64,000 nt of DNA, taken from NCBI GenBank assembly GCA_963804995.1, contig CAWDSK010000006.1:64001-128000 (forward strand), written 5' to 3'. The stretch is from an uncultured Acidobacteriota bacterium (lineage in GTDB: Bacteria; Acidobacteriota; Terriglobia; UBA7540). Below, piece by piece: positions 30,485-40,935 of this stretch (position 1 is its first letter; each line of letters begins with the position of its first letter). The notes under the pieces were generated by a model. That model saw only the letters and a list, made by a program, of their open reading frames with translations, made no database searches and was not told the origin of the DNA. The translations under genes and the position numbers were made by a program.

Positions 30485-31072
30485 TCACGATTCGCGATTC
30501 GGGAAGATCATATTTCCGGGCTTCTTCCCTTCTTCCAGGCATTTCTTGCGATAAAGCGCGGCGTAGCTGTCAGTAATGTACTCCTGGCGGGAGTACCCAA
30601 GCTGCCTGGCCACCTCATCAATCCAGCGCTGGGGGCCTTCGAGCTCCAGGAAATTGCCCACCGGCGTCTCGTCGTAAACCAGGTGCGGGGCGTCGGTGAC
30701 ATCCCCCTTGCCGCGCGGGGCGTATATGGTGCGATACTTCTCGTAACAGAAGACCTCGCGCATTCCCAGGTTGTGAAGGATCTCACCCAAGCGGTGCCCG
30801 TCTTCCACATGCGTTTCGATTTCCCGCCGGATCTTATAGTCACGGGATTGAACCGGGGCGCCCTTGAAAGTCAGCAAACCCTGGTCATGGGTAAAGCGCA
30901 GGCGCAGCAGGCAACGCGATTTCCGCAAGCGCTGGTCGGAAAAATCGAACAGATAGTTGCTTTCAAAATGGCGGGCCAGGACGGGCCGAAAGCCGAGCTC
31001 CGTCAGCCGCCAACGGAGTTCTTTGGGGTTCTTGACCACCAGCTTGATTTCGGTTTCGTGGCGATGTTTCAT
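30485..31072 (-). CDS. CYTH domain protein (class IV adenylate cyclase-like)
   Basis: ETEIK (ExExK), LTFKG, REIET, YEKYR, FLELEG. Confidence 0.88.
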   Translation of the reverse strand: MKHRHETEIKLVVKNPKELRWRLTELGFRPVLARHFESNYLFDFSDQRLRKSRCLLRLRFTHDQGLLTFKGAPVQSRDYKIRREIETHVEDGHRLGEILHNLGMREVFCYEKYRTIYAPRGKGDVTDAPHLVYDETPVGNFLELEGPQRWIDEVARQLGYSRQEYITDSYAALYRKKCLEEGKKPGNMIFPNRES

Positions 31073-31091
31073 GCCGGGGGCGGGCTCGATT

Positions 31092-32099
31092 TCAGGATTC
31101 ACGTTCCAGAATAAAGTCCGGGAGTGAGCGCAAGGCATCTTTGAAGGGTGAGTTCGGGTACCCTTCCAGGAACCCGCGGGCCTTGTCGGAAAAATCCTGA
31201 GCTTTCTCCCGCGCCGCTTGCAGGGTTCCGTAGCGCTCCACCAAATCCAGGATTTCAGAAAACCGCACAGACTGGAATCCACCCTCGTCCAGCACCAAGG
31301 AGACCTTGTGCGCCTCCTGCGGCGTGCATCTCTGCAAGAGATAAATCAAAGGCAACGTCAGCTTCCCTTCCCGGAGGTCGTTGCCCGTAGGCTTGCCCAG
31401 CACTTCCTCCGAGGAGGTAAAGTCCAGAACGTCGTCAATCATCTGGAAAGCCAGGCCCAGGTTGATCCCGTAGAGGCCCAGTTGCGTCTCTTCCTGCTCA
31501 TTCTTACCGCCCAGCAGCGCACCCAGGCGCAGGCAGGCCGAAAACAGGCAAGCAGTTTTGCGATAGGCCAGCTCCAGGTAATCTTCCTCGGTCACGGTCA
31601 GCTTGCGCAGGCAAGTCAGTTGGAGCAACTCACCTTCCACCATGACTTGCGTAAGCCGAATCAGGACGTCCAGGATGCGGAAGTTCCGCTCCGTCAGGGC
31701 AATGTTGAAGGCCTGCATGTAGAGCCAATCGCCCGCCAGCACGCTCATGTGATTGCCCCAGCGGGAGTTGGTGGAGGGGCGCCCACGGCGGGTGTCGGCC
31801 TGATCGATCACGTCATCGTGAACCAGAGTGGCGGTGTGCAGCATTTCCACGACCGCGCCCAAACGGATGGCCGCATCGCCCTCATATCCGCACATCTTGG
31901 AGGCCAGCAGAACCAGGGCCGGGCGCAGCCGTTTTCCGCCGCCCTCTTGCAGGTACAGGCCGATCTCCGTAATGGGACGGATGCCGCAGGAGGTCTGCAA
32001 GCCGAATTCTTCCTCTACCCGCTGGAGGTCTGGCTTCACGAGCTCGAAAACTTCCTTGATCGTCAGGTTCTTGAGGGTCGCCAAGCGTTGATTCTCCAT
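31092..32099 (-). CDS. Polyprenyl diphosphate synthase (IspB-like)
   Basis: GGKRLRP, HDDVID...RRG, FQMIDDVLD, GNDLREGK. Confidence 0.93.
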   Translation of the reverse strand: MENQRLATLKNLTIKEVFELVKPDLQRVEEEFGLQTSCGIRPITEIGLYLQEGGGKRLRPALVLLASKMCGYEGDAAIRLGAVVEMLHTATLVHDDVIDQADTRRGRPSTNSRWGNHMSVLAGDWLYMQAFNIALTERNFRILDVLIRLTQVMVEGELLQLTCLRKLTVTEEDYLELAYRKTACLFSACLRLGALLGGKNEQEETQLGLYGINLGLAFQMIDDVLDFTSSEEVLGKPTGNDLREGKLTLPLIYLLQRCTPQEAHKVSLVLDEGGFQSVRFSEILDLVERYGTLQAAREKAQDFSDKARGFLEGYPNSPFKDALRSLPDFILERES

Positions 32100-32238
32100 C
32101 GCACAGTCTGCGGCTACACACATTCAAATGTGTTCACGAGACTTGTGGGCAATCGCTGAAATTTAAATACTCCCATAAAACGCCGATGAAGGGAAGGGCG
32201 AAGTGTGCAAATAGCAGCTACGAGCTTGAAAAGGATGT

Positions 32239-32372
32239 TCGCGCAGAGACGCAGGGGCGCAGAGAAAATTTGAACATGAAGAAGGAAGAACCTGAGTATA
32301 AGCCGGGTAGAGGCGTGGGATTTCTTCCCTTCCTTTGTCCTTCCTGCTCAGCGTCACTGCGTCTCTGCGCGA
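32239..32372. repeat. Inverted octamer arrays (CGCAGAGA type) bracketing a ~80-bp spacer
   Basis: tcgcgcagagacgcag ... ctgcgtctctgcgcga perfect 16-bp inverted repeat. Confidence 0.75.
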
Positions 32373-32697
32373 GATAAGCTGGATTTGCCGCTGTGCCTGA
32401 GATCGACGCCCATCTCGGTCTTTCGCGCCGCTTCCGGCTGATCCGGCAATTGGGCGCGGGCGGCATGGGTGCGGCCTTGTAGGGGTCGCCGCGGCGACCA
32501 TTCGGCCAAGGCCGAGCGCCGCTCGGCCCTACAACCCCTTGTCCCCTGGCGCTGTAAAGGGTCCTGAACCGCAAGGGGTTTGCCTTTTCCTGTCACTCGC
32601 CACTTGTCACTCGTCACTGCCTTGGATGACCCCGAGTTCCTCCTGCGTTTTCAAAATGAAGCGGCTTCCGCGGGCCGCATTCATCACCTCAACGTCG

Positions 32698-33804
32698 TCA
32701 CCATTCCCATTGTGAAGCGACACGTTCGAACTGGTGGCCCGCGGATGTGACCGCAGCTTGAATCCAGGTCGGCAGTTGGAATCGTGCATAAGGATTGGTG
32801 ATCAGTTTCGTTTGGAGGAGCCAATCGTAGCGTTTTTCTACCGGCACCATGCCGCTGTCAAAAAGGCAGACGGCACTTACCCTCGTATGGATATCAGGCC
32901 GAAGACGTCCCTCGATGAGGGATACCCAGGGTTTCAAGTTCCTTGTTGAACTAGGGATTGCGATCATGACTAGCCCGGCCCCGTTTTGCGGCAGCTGCCT
33001 TGCCTCTTTTCTTAGAACTTCTTCGGCTCTTTCATCTGTGAATGGCATTCGAACTGACACTTGATATTGAGGTCCGCCACCAGCCCCACCGGCGGCGAAC
33101 ATTGCTAGACCAATCATCGGCGTATCGGCAAATTCCGGAACTTCGCACGGGAGCAAGTTTCCAACTTGAACGTGGTCGAGGAAAAGCAATACCATACCTC
33201 CCATCAACTCTGCACGGTGTTGTCCAGGCAACATGCAAAACTCTGGCAGTTGATGACAGAGTAGCGCGACCTCTTCCTCGGTAGGCTCTCGGCGCAACAG
33301 TATTTCGAGGGCAAACGGGCGGTCCGTTTTGTTAAACGCATCCGTGAGTCTGCGGAGGATCCTCTCAACTCAACGCTGCTCTTGGGACGTATTTGGCTGT
33401 GTAACCTCAACGGTTGTCCATTGTTCGTCACCCTTCTTCACGCGGAAATCCGCCTTTCGCGTGTCGACTTTTGGATGCAACTCCAACTCCACGGAGAGAC
33501 CGAAGGGGCGAATTAGATAGATCGCAGTGAGTTCCGCCTCCGCATTCTGGTCCCTGCGGCGAATATACCTTAATAGTTCCTCGGGCTGAGCGATGCCTTC
33601 GAGCGCAGCCAGGCGCTGTCCCACACCGATTATTCGCAACGCCGGAGCTATTCCTTTGGCCGAGGTGTCAGATGCGATCCATTTAGGGCCAAGCACATCC
33701 TCAACGCGATTCACGGCTGCAACTACGGATTCGGGGGCCAAAGCAAGGACGTCTATTTTCCCAAGCAGCAGATTGTTTTCGATGTCCTCAATCGACCAAC
33801 TCAT
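32698..33804 (-). pseudogene. Putative PD-(D/E)XK-like protein with in-frame TGA at 33370-33372
   Basis: ORFs 33370-33804 and 32698-33297 are in the same frame and the interval between them is open; RKADFRV...VEVT motif. Confidence 0.55.
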
Positions 33805-33872
33805 GCGGTTATCCTACACCATGCTGATTGCCGCGGCGCTCATAAGGGACTCTGCGGTCGTTAAATCGCCGG

Positions 33873-35756
33873 TCACAAGCGCACCACTGCTTCAATAATT
33901 TTGCGGCACAAGCCGGGCATTTGTAGCGCTTACTCCCGACTAATCTCTCCGTGGGTTGCTGGGTTACGCACATCGACAACCTGTCGGAGGATGTTGAGCC
34001 TCCCCAGCAGAATCGAATGTCGCTTCTGAAGCCACGCATTGAATCGCTGGAAAATTGGCGCACTAGATGTCCGGCATTGCCCCAGAACAACGCACATGCT
34101 GCCAAGGGTCAACTTCCCATTTTGTACGAGATAGGACGCAAACATCTCCGTTTCCTTCAACAAGAGTCCTTTGTTGGCAAGCGATAACAAATCCCTGTCT
34201 TTCCTGACCTCAACTCGGAACAACCCAAACACCTCGATCTTAGGTTCCAGTTCGACGGCTTTTGCAAATGCTTCGGCACCGCTTTCAAACAGTGTGCTTT
34301 TTTGTGATGGCTCCAGCATGGGGAAATAGTGCATCAACGTTACAGCTTTGCGCCACGCGCGCCGTGCTTCATCGCTGAGTTGGCTATATGCGGGCCAGAA
34401 CTCGTTGTGAAGTGAGTCTATAAGTTCGGCCACCTCTAGACGGGTCTTCAGAAATGCCTCCGCGTGGGAGGAAAAATCTGCCGTGGTGTGGGGGACACCG
34501 CCCAACGCCAATGCTAGTTTGGTTTTTAAATCTCTCTCCAAGATTGGATTGAGATCCACTGCCTTTTTGAGGCTCCGATATGCTTCCTGGTATCGACCGC
34601 GTTGGGCTTCCACTTCCGCCACGCACAAAAAAGCGCTGGAGTCTTCGGGGTAGTCATTTAGCCAGGTACTCAAAACCTTGAGAGCTTTTTCGGCCTCCCC
34701 CGCCAATTGAAAACTTTTTGCAGTGGAATAGAGCACCCTTGGTCTGAAATCCTTTTTGATATAGAGCGGTTCGCGCTTGTGGATTACCATCTCTACATAC
34801 ACTGAGGTGTCCCCGAAGATAAGTTCCCTGTACATTTCCATGTCGCGCTTAGTCAAGACTGCTGCCGTTCCAACGAACTCCTGGTAGTTCTCGGCAGCCT
34901 TACGGAATTCTCCAAGGGCGAAGCAGCAGCGGGCAAGCATTGCACCGTAGACTCGTGGGACAGGGGTTTCCAAAGCAAGCACTTTTTCAAGATCGTATCT
35001 TGCGGCTAGAATCCGTTGTTTCTGAACGCTGCTGGCATCCTCATCGTGGTTGTCTGTCGTGAGCAGGGCAGACTCAAATATTGAAAAGATTAGATCCTCG
35101 TTTCCATCATCGAATACTTCAGGACTCCACTGCGGGGCGTCGGCAAGTTTTTCATTCCCCGCATCAAACACAACCAAGAAATCCAACTGCCCCCGCAATA
35201 ACAAGATTCTTGCCGTGTTCAATGCCCCCACTAGTTCTGCATAATTGTAAAGGCGCTGGGCACGGTCCCAATCTCTGATCACGAGCGAATTCAGTATCTC
35301 CCACTTAATCGTTCGCCAGTCGTTCGGGCATTCATCCACTGGAAGCAGGCCTACCAAGGTGTTCAAGTCCCCCAGGAAAGCTCTTCGAAAGTGCGAGACC
35401 TCCTCATCCTTCATGGGCGATTCAAAGGTGGCAGCCGAATAGCAGAAATGCAGGGCTGTGAACCGTGTCGCGACATGTGCGGGGTCAGATGCAAGTTCGT
35501 TCGCAAAGTACCTCAAAATCTGCTCCATACCCTCAATCGGCTTCTTCTTGTCGGGGTCGGGGAGCGACAAGTAAAGGTCATTTGCCCAATCAGACCAAGG
35601 AGGCCATTCATAGTTGGGCTCTCCTACGGCTGATGGTTGTGACAGGGAGGTACAATAAAGGGCCGGAATATCCTCGGATAAAGACAAGTGTCTTTGAGTC
35701 CACTCAATCCAGGAGCGGACTTCTTCCGCAACTTGTTCATCGGTTCGATCCTTCAC
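33873..35756 (-). CDS. TPR protein with C-terminal HEPN-like domain; probable premature TAA at 33930
   Basis: SD GAGGAGG before GTG 35756; TPR units; KAVELE...LTLGSM...RNPATH (RxxxxH); readthrough of the TAA adds ALQMPGLCRKIIEAVVRL. Confidence 0.65.
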
Positions 35757-35831
35757 GACCGCCCTCCTCTGAAGTGAGATTATAACGGCGGGGTTCGGCG
35801 CTTTCAAAAGAGTGGAGGGGGGTGTATGGGC

Positions 35832-36110
35832 TCACTCGTTTTCGGGTGTTCCACTTTTCGAAAATATCTCGCGGGCCAATTGCGGGTCAAAGTTGCCCTC
35901 GCGAATGAGGTCTTGTTTTGTCTCTTCCAAGTACTGGCGTGCAGACTCCCCCATACTTGCCTTAGAGTTCTCAGCGAGTCCTACTCCGAACCACTCTAGA
36001 AACTGACGAATGCTTGCCACCTGACGCCGAATGCGAACAAGTTCCCTGACGGCAAAGCAGAGGATGATTAGCAATAGAATCAACAGCAGGGTGTCCATGG
36101 AAACCTCCAT
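35832..36110 (-). CDS. Small single-TM hypothetical protein
   Basis: MDTLLLILLLIILCFAV hydrophobic N-terminus; ggagg SD. Confidence 0.6.
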   Translation of the reverse strand: MEVSMDTLLLILLLIILCFAVRELVRIRRQVASIRQFLEWFGVGLAENSKASMGESARQYLEETKQDLIREGNFDPQLAREIFSKSGTPENE

Positions 36111-36249
36111 TTCTGTGTGCGCAAGTCTCTATCCTGGACAGCAGGAGGATTATACACCGGGGGGAGGGCACCCGGATTCCGGCCTATATCCTTCTTATCA
36201 CTCGTAGGCGTGATGCTCTGCTTGATGGTCCTTTAATGCAAATAGGCAA

Positions 36250-37060
36250 CCCGCGGGTGGCGCATATATTACCTCTTATGTATGCGTCCCACGATCACGG
36301 GCAACATCTCTGTTACCGCGTCCTATCCGCGGCCGGTTCTGGCTTCGGTAGCACAGGCACTCCTGCCTGTGTTTTATGCATGGAATGCATCAACCTTGGG
36401 CACAGGCAAGAGTGCCTGTGTCACATCCCACGACTTGTTCGTGAGGGCTTTTTCCACCGCTTCCGGGTTTCTCCCATCAAGCAGGCGCGCACCGCGCTTT
36501 CCGGACGCCTGCGCCCCTGCTCCCATTCCTGGAGCGAGCGCGGACTGACGACGTGGCGCCCCGATGCATCGGGGCGGTTCTTCCTTAGGTTCACTCTCCC
36601 AAGCCTGAGGGTACACTCCTGTTCTTGAGATTTGTGGTTTTTCCTACAGAAGAACCGCGGACCCCAAAGGCGGGGGTCCGCGCTACCCGAACTGATTCGT
36701 GCGGGGCGCATTTTCATGTACGCGCCCCACGAACCCAGGCAACCTCTCCGTCACCGCGTCCCATCCGTGGCCGGTTCTGGCTTCTTAACGGTCGCCAACA
36801 GAAAATGCGATATCGGCGCCACCCCCCGAAAAGGAAAGCTCGCACGTAACCCACTGTCATCCTGAGGCCCGGTTCTTTCGGGCCGAAGGACCTCGGCAGT
36901 TTGTCGCGGCGCACTGGGAAGAGCGAACTACAGAGGTCCTTCGCCCAAATTACGGGCTCAGGATGACAGTGGGAGTGGGGCTGCTCAAAATGAATGTGGG
37001 CAGGCACGGTCGGTGCAATCGTGGGTGGCACCCCGATGCATCGGGGTGCTACCCACGCTT
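36250..37060. repeat. Cluster of several distinct REP-like palindromic elements
   Basis: cacaggcactcctgcctgtg / cacaggcaagagtgcctgtg pair; gcggaccccaaaggcgggggtccgc; gtcatcctgag...ctcaggatgac; two CCCGATGCATCGGG hairpins. Confidence 0.8.
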
Positions 37061-37110
37061 GTGTGAAGGTGCCGTGATGGTGTACACTTCTGGTGTACAT
37101 GGAGTTGACT

Positions 37111-37353
37111 ATGAGCACTCAAAGGGTAAGTATACGGGAAGCTCGGCAACGCTTACGCCACCTGCTGGAGCAGGTTCAGGCAGGCGATGAAGTCATCGTG
37201 TTGCGCCGGGGGGTCGAGGTGGGAAGGCTCGTCCGTCCCGAGCGAACCAAGGCGCCCCTTCCCGATCTGAGCGGCCTCCGGGCCTCGGTGAAACTGCGGG
37301 GCCGGGCCTTGAGCGAAGACCTTACGGAAGGCCGCAGGAGCAGCCGATATTGA
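37111..37353 (+). CDS. Phd/YefM family antitoxin
   Basis: VSIREARQRLRHLLEQVQAGDEVIVLRRG. Confidence 0.88.
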   Translation: MSTQRVSIREARQRLRHLLEQVQAGDEVIVLRRGVEVGRLVRPERTKAPLPDLSGLRASVKLRGRALSEDLTEGRRSSRY

Positions 37354-37772
37354 TTTACGTTGACACCAGCGTGCTGGCCGCCTATTACTGCCCCGAACCC
37401 CTGAGCGGGCAGGCACAGCGTGCGTTGGCCCAAGCGGGTGAACGGGCGATTAGCTCGCTGGTGGAACTGGAATTCGTATCCGCAATCGCCCGGAAAGTCC
37501 GCACGCACGAAATGCGTCGAGGCGATGCGCATCGGATCCTCGCCGCATTTCAATCCCATCTGGAACAAGGGGTTTATACACGGCTGGCAGTGGATGGCGC
37601 GCACTTTGCCAAGGCACGCGAGTGGCTCTCGACTCTGGTGGTTCCCCTCCAGACTCTGGACGCCTTGCATGTGGCGGTAGCCGCTTTGAAGGGTTGCTCC
37701 GTAATGACCGCTGACGCCGCGCTCGCCAAGGCTTGCGCAAAGGTGGGCGTTACGGCTCGCCTAATTGCCTGA
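37350..37772 (+). CDS. vapC: VapC family PIN-domain toxin
   Basis: IYVDTSVL, ELE, TLDALHVA, TAD; overlaps the antitoxin stop. Confidence 0.9.
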   Translation: MIYVDTSVLAAYYCPEPLSGQAQRALAQAGERAISSLVELEFVSAIARKVRTHEMRRGDAHRILAAFQSHLEQGVYTRLAVDGAHFAKAREWLSTLVVPLQTLDALHVAVAALKGCSVMTADAALAKACAKVGVTARLIA

Positions 37773-38107
37773 CGCTTGCCCCCCTTCACGCGGGTGCGCC
37801 CCGATGCATCGGGGCGGCTTGCAGTTTCAAATCCTCGCGTTCTGATTAGCTGGCCAAAGCAAGGAAGAGAAACGAGCAGATGCAAACCGCCGAGTTCCAG
37901 AACTCGCCACGTTGAGTCGCCAAGGCGACAACTCCAAGCTACCAAAGCAAACAGGCTCGGCCGCGAATGCGACCGAGCCTGTTTGTAGTGCCTATCCCGG
38001 CGCGCCGGGACTCACACAAGACACTTGCTGCCTTCTGCCTACCGCCTTCAGCTTACTGCCTACTCTTCCGGGGCGCTACGCTTGCTTCGTCTTCAATCTG
38101 GCTTTCC

Positions 38108-38584
38108 TCAGGCCGCCCTTGCCTTAGCGGCAATTGCCGGCGTTACCACGTTTACCTTGATCTGCTTCGGCTTCGTTTCCTCGCGCTTCGGGACGTGCAG
38201 CGTCAGCGCGCCATTCTGATATTCGGCTTTGATGTCCTCCGATTTCACGGAGTTCGCCAGCGAGAAGCTCCGACTGAATGCACCATAGGCGCGTTCGACG
38301 CGCAGGTAGTTCTCCTCGTCCACTTTCTTCTCAAACTTGCGTTCGCCGCGAATCGTGAGGATGTTGTTCGCAACGCGGATGTCCAGGTCCTGCGGATTCA
38401 CTTCCGGCAGGTCCGCCTTTATGACCAGCTCGTTCTCGGTCTCGTATATGTCAACGGCCGGCGCCCAGGTGGTCAGGTTCGATTCCTCGCCCGTACGCTC
38501 CAGCGCCTCGCCAAACATGCGGCTGAGCTGTTCCTGCAAAGCCGTAGCCCCGCGGGAAGGGTCCCAGCGATTCATCATTCTCAT
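38108..38584 (-). CDS. Hsp20/alpha-crystallin small heat-shock protein
   Basis: PAVDIYE, LTIRGER, ERAYGAFSRSF, NGALTL, KQIKV. Confidence 0.93.
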   Translation of the reverse strand: MRMMNRWDPSRGATALQEQLSRMFGEALERTGEESNLTTWAPAVDIYETENELVIKADLPEVNPQDLDIRVANNILTIRGERKFEKKVDEENYLRVERAYGAFSRSFSLANSVKSEDIKAEYQNGALTLHVPKREETKPKQIKVNVVTPAIAAKARAA

Positions 38585-38616
38585 TTCAGTCACCTCACTT
38601 AAATAAGTAGAATAAC

Positions 38617-38645
38617 ATCTTATAATATTCGCTAAGTGTTGTCAA
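38617..38645 (-). promoter_or_regulatory. Candidate sigma70 promoter of hsp20
   Basis: TTGACA-17nt-TAAGAT on the minus strand. Confidence 0.5.
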
Positions 38646-39784
38646 GTTTGAAAAACATTATCTCTAATGATATACTGTCTCGTATAACACTGGGCAGCTA
38701 TCCCGGCGCTACAAATTCTTAAGCCCCGCAGGGGCGACCTACTACAGCCCGGGCCACCGGCAGCTTGAAAATCTCCCATCCACAACGTGGGTCAGAACTG
38801 CACGCGCCGTGCCTGCCCCCTTCACGCTACAATAGGCATTCTGAAACCTACAGGAGGCGAGACGAAACCCCCATGAAACGGATTGAGCGCAACCCCGAGT
38901 CCCTGAACTACACATTCGATTTCCATCATCCTCCCGCCCTCAAAGTAGGACTGGGAGAATCCTTCCTACTGGAGACGGAAGATGCACCCTCGGGCACCTA
39001 CCGGACGCCAGAGGATGCGGCACAGTTGCTCGAACCGTGGTATCTCAAGCATTCTCCCCCCAAGGCCAACCCGGTCACCGGCCCGGTTTTTGTGGAAGGG
39101 GTTGAACCCGGGGATACTCTGGTTGTACACATCGAGCAGTTGGAGCTTGACTCTCAGGGCGCAACCTATTGGCGTCCGGGCCACAAGCCGCTCGGTGATT
39201 CTGTCAAGTGGCGTGAATTAAGTACGCCAACCCTGGTGATGGGCAGCATCCAGGACGAAGAAGTGGTGATGGAGGAAGCAGCCACCTGGGAGGACGGCAG
39301 GGTGAGGCGGCATCCATTAGGATTGCGGGTGCGGAAGTCCCCCTTCATCGGTACCATCGCCGTCGCTCCGGAGCGGGAGGTAGAGACATCCGTCTTTGGT
39401 CAGGGGAGTTGGGGAGGAAATCTGGACGTCCGTGACATCTGCCCCGGCACACGCGTGCTCATCCCTTGCTATCATGAGGGCGGCCTCTTGTACGTCGGAG
39501 ATGTGCACGCCTGCCAGGGTGACACCGAGTTCTATGGGACGGCCATGGAAATCCGCAGCGTCGTTACCCTGCGCTGCGACGTCATCAAGCATAAACGGGT
39601 TCCCTTTATGCGGTTGGAAAAGGAGGGCAGCATCATTTCATTGGCGTCCGCTCGTCCCCTGGAAGAAGCCGTTTGGAGGGCAAGTATTCAACTGATGGAA
39701 TGGCTGATTGATGAGTACTGTCGGCGCGCATTTAAAAACGTAGAAATTTGAACAGAGGCCGGTTTTCCGGGGTGGGGTTGAATG

Positions 39785-40133
39785 TCAGCCCGTGGTGGTG
39801 GCGGTCTTGCCGGTTGCGGGGTGGAGGGGGACTTTGCTGCGCAGGTAGGCAAGATAGGACTCTGGGACCGGCTGGGCGAGCAGTTCTTCGATCACGGGCA
39901 GGAAGTAATGTAGGGAGCGAATAGGTCCGAGGGGCATGGCGTCGGGGCGACGAGCCGCGCGGCGGGATGAGGCTAACAGGAAGGCTGTTTCCACGGTCGT
40001 CAGGGGGATCTGGCGCTCCCAAAGTTGACGGACCAGACGCAGGTCGAAGCGGCTCAGACGGCGCGGGTGTATCGGGCAGGCGGAGATAGAGATCGATCAG
40101 CGTTTGGCGATAGGTTTCAAGATCGGTGGGCAC
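39785..40133 (-). CDS. IS-borne hypothetical protein downstream of istB (frameshift near 40064)
   Basis: [23 protein letters not shown] joins [20 protein letters not shown]...[14 protein letters not shown] after removing one base. Confidence 0.6.
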
Positions 40134-40935
40134 GGGGGTTCCTTTCGGAGTTTTTCTTGTGCGCGGCGGCTTCCAGTTCGCTTTCCCGGACGCGGTAGGA
40201 AGTGCCTTCGATCAGGGTGACGTCGGCATGATGAGTGAGGCGATCCAGCAGCGCGGCGATGCAGGTGGCGTTGGGGAAAACGGTGTTCCAGTCTTTGAAA
40301 GCCTTGTTGGTAGTCAGCAGAATAGAATTGCGTTCGTAGCGGTGGTTAATCACTTCGAAGAGCAGGTCGGCGGCGTGGGCGTCGTAAGCCAGATATCCAC
40401 ACTCGTCAATGACCAGCAGAGCGGGGCGGGCATAGAAGCGGAACTTACGGCGACGTAAGCCGGGGGAATCGCCATCGAGATCGGCGAGCAGATCGGCGGC
40501 GGTGCGAAACAGCACCGAGTGGCCGGCGAGCACGGCGGCATGGGCGATGTTTTTGGCGATTAAGGTTTTGCCCAGCCCGTTCGTGCCGCACAGGAGAAGA
40601 TTGCGGCCGGAGGCGAGGAAGTCCAGGGTGAGGGCGCGTTCGATTAAGGGGCGGTCAATCTTCTTGGGCCAGTGCCAATCGAAATCGGCCAGCGGTTTGA
40701 AGCGGCCGAGGCGGGCTTGGGCGAGGCGGCGTTCGAGGCTGCGGCGAGCCCGGTCTTCGGTTTCGGAGCGGGCGATTTCTTCCAGCAGTTGGCGGGGGCT
40801 CCAGGGCTGAGTCGAGGCGCGGGCGAGGAGATCATCCAGACCTTGGGCGGTGACCAGCAGGCCGAGATGGTTCAGTTGCGCGGCCAGATCAGGATTCGGG
40901 CTCGGGTTCTTCGTCGGGGTCCTGGGGGAGTTCAT
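40117..40935 (-). CDS. istB: IS21 helper ATPase IstB
   Basis: [34 protein letters not shown]. Confidence 0.95.
   Translation of the reverse strand: MNSPRTPTKNPSPNPDLAAQLNHLGLLVTAQGLDDLLARASTQPWSPRQLLEEIARSETEDRARRSLERRLAQARLGRFKPLADFDWHWPKKIDRPLIERALTLDFLASGRNLLLCGTNGLGKTLIAKNIAHAAVLAGHSVLFRTAADLLADLDGDSPGLRRRKFRFYARPALLVIDECGYLAYDAHAADLLFEVINHRYERNSILLTTNKAFKDWNTVFPNATCIAALLDRLTHHADVTLIEGTSYRVRESELEAAAHKKNSERNPRAHRS

Noticed and set aside
33370..33372. Selenocysteine UGA
   Set aside because: The context (QEQR*VERIL) is not a redox/Cys motif, there is no convincing SECIS, and the neighbouring gene also has a premature stop.
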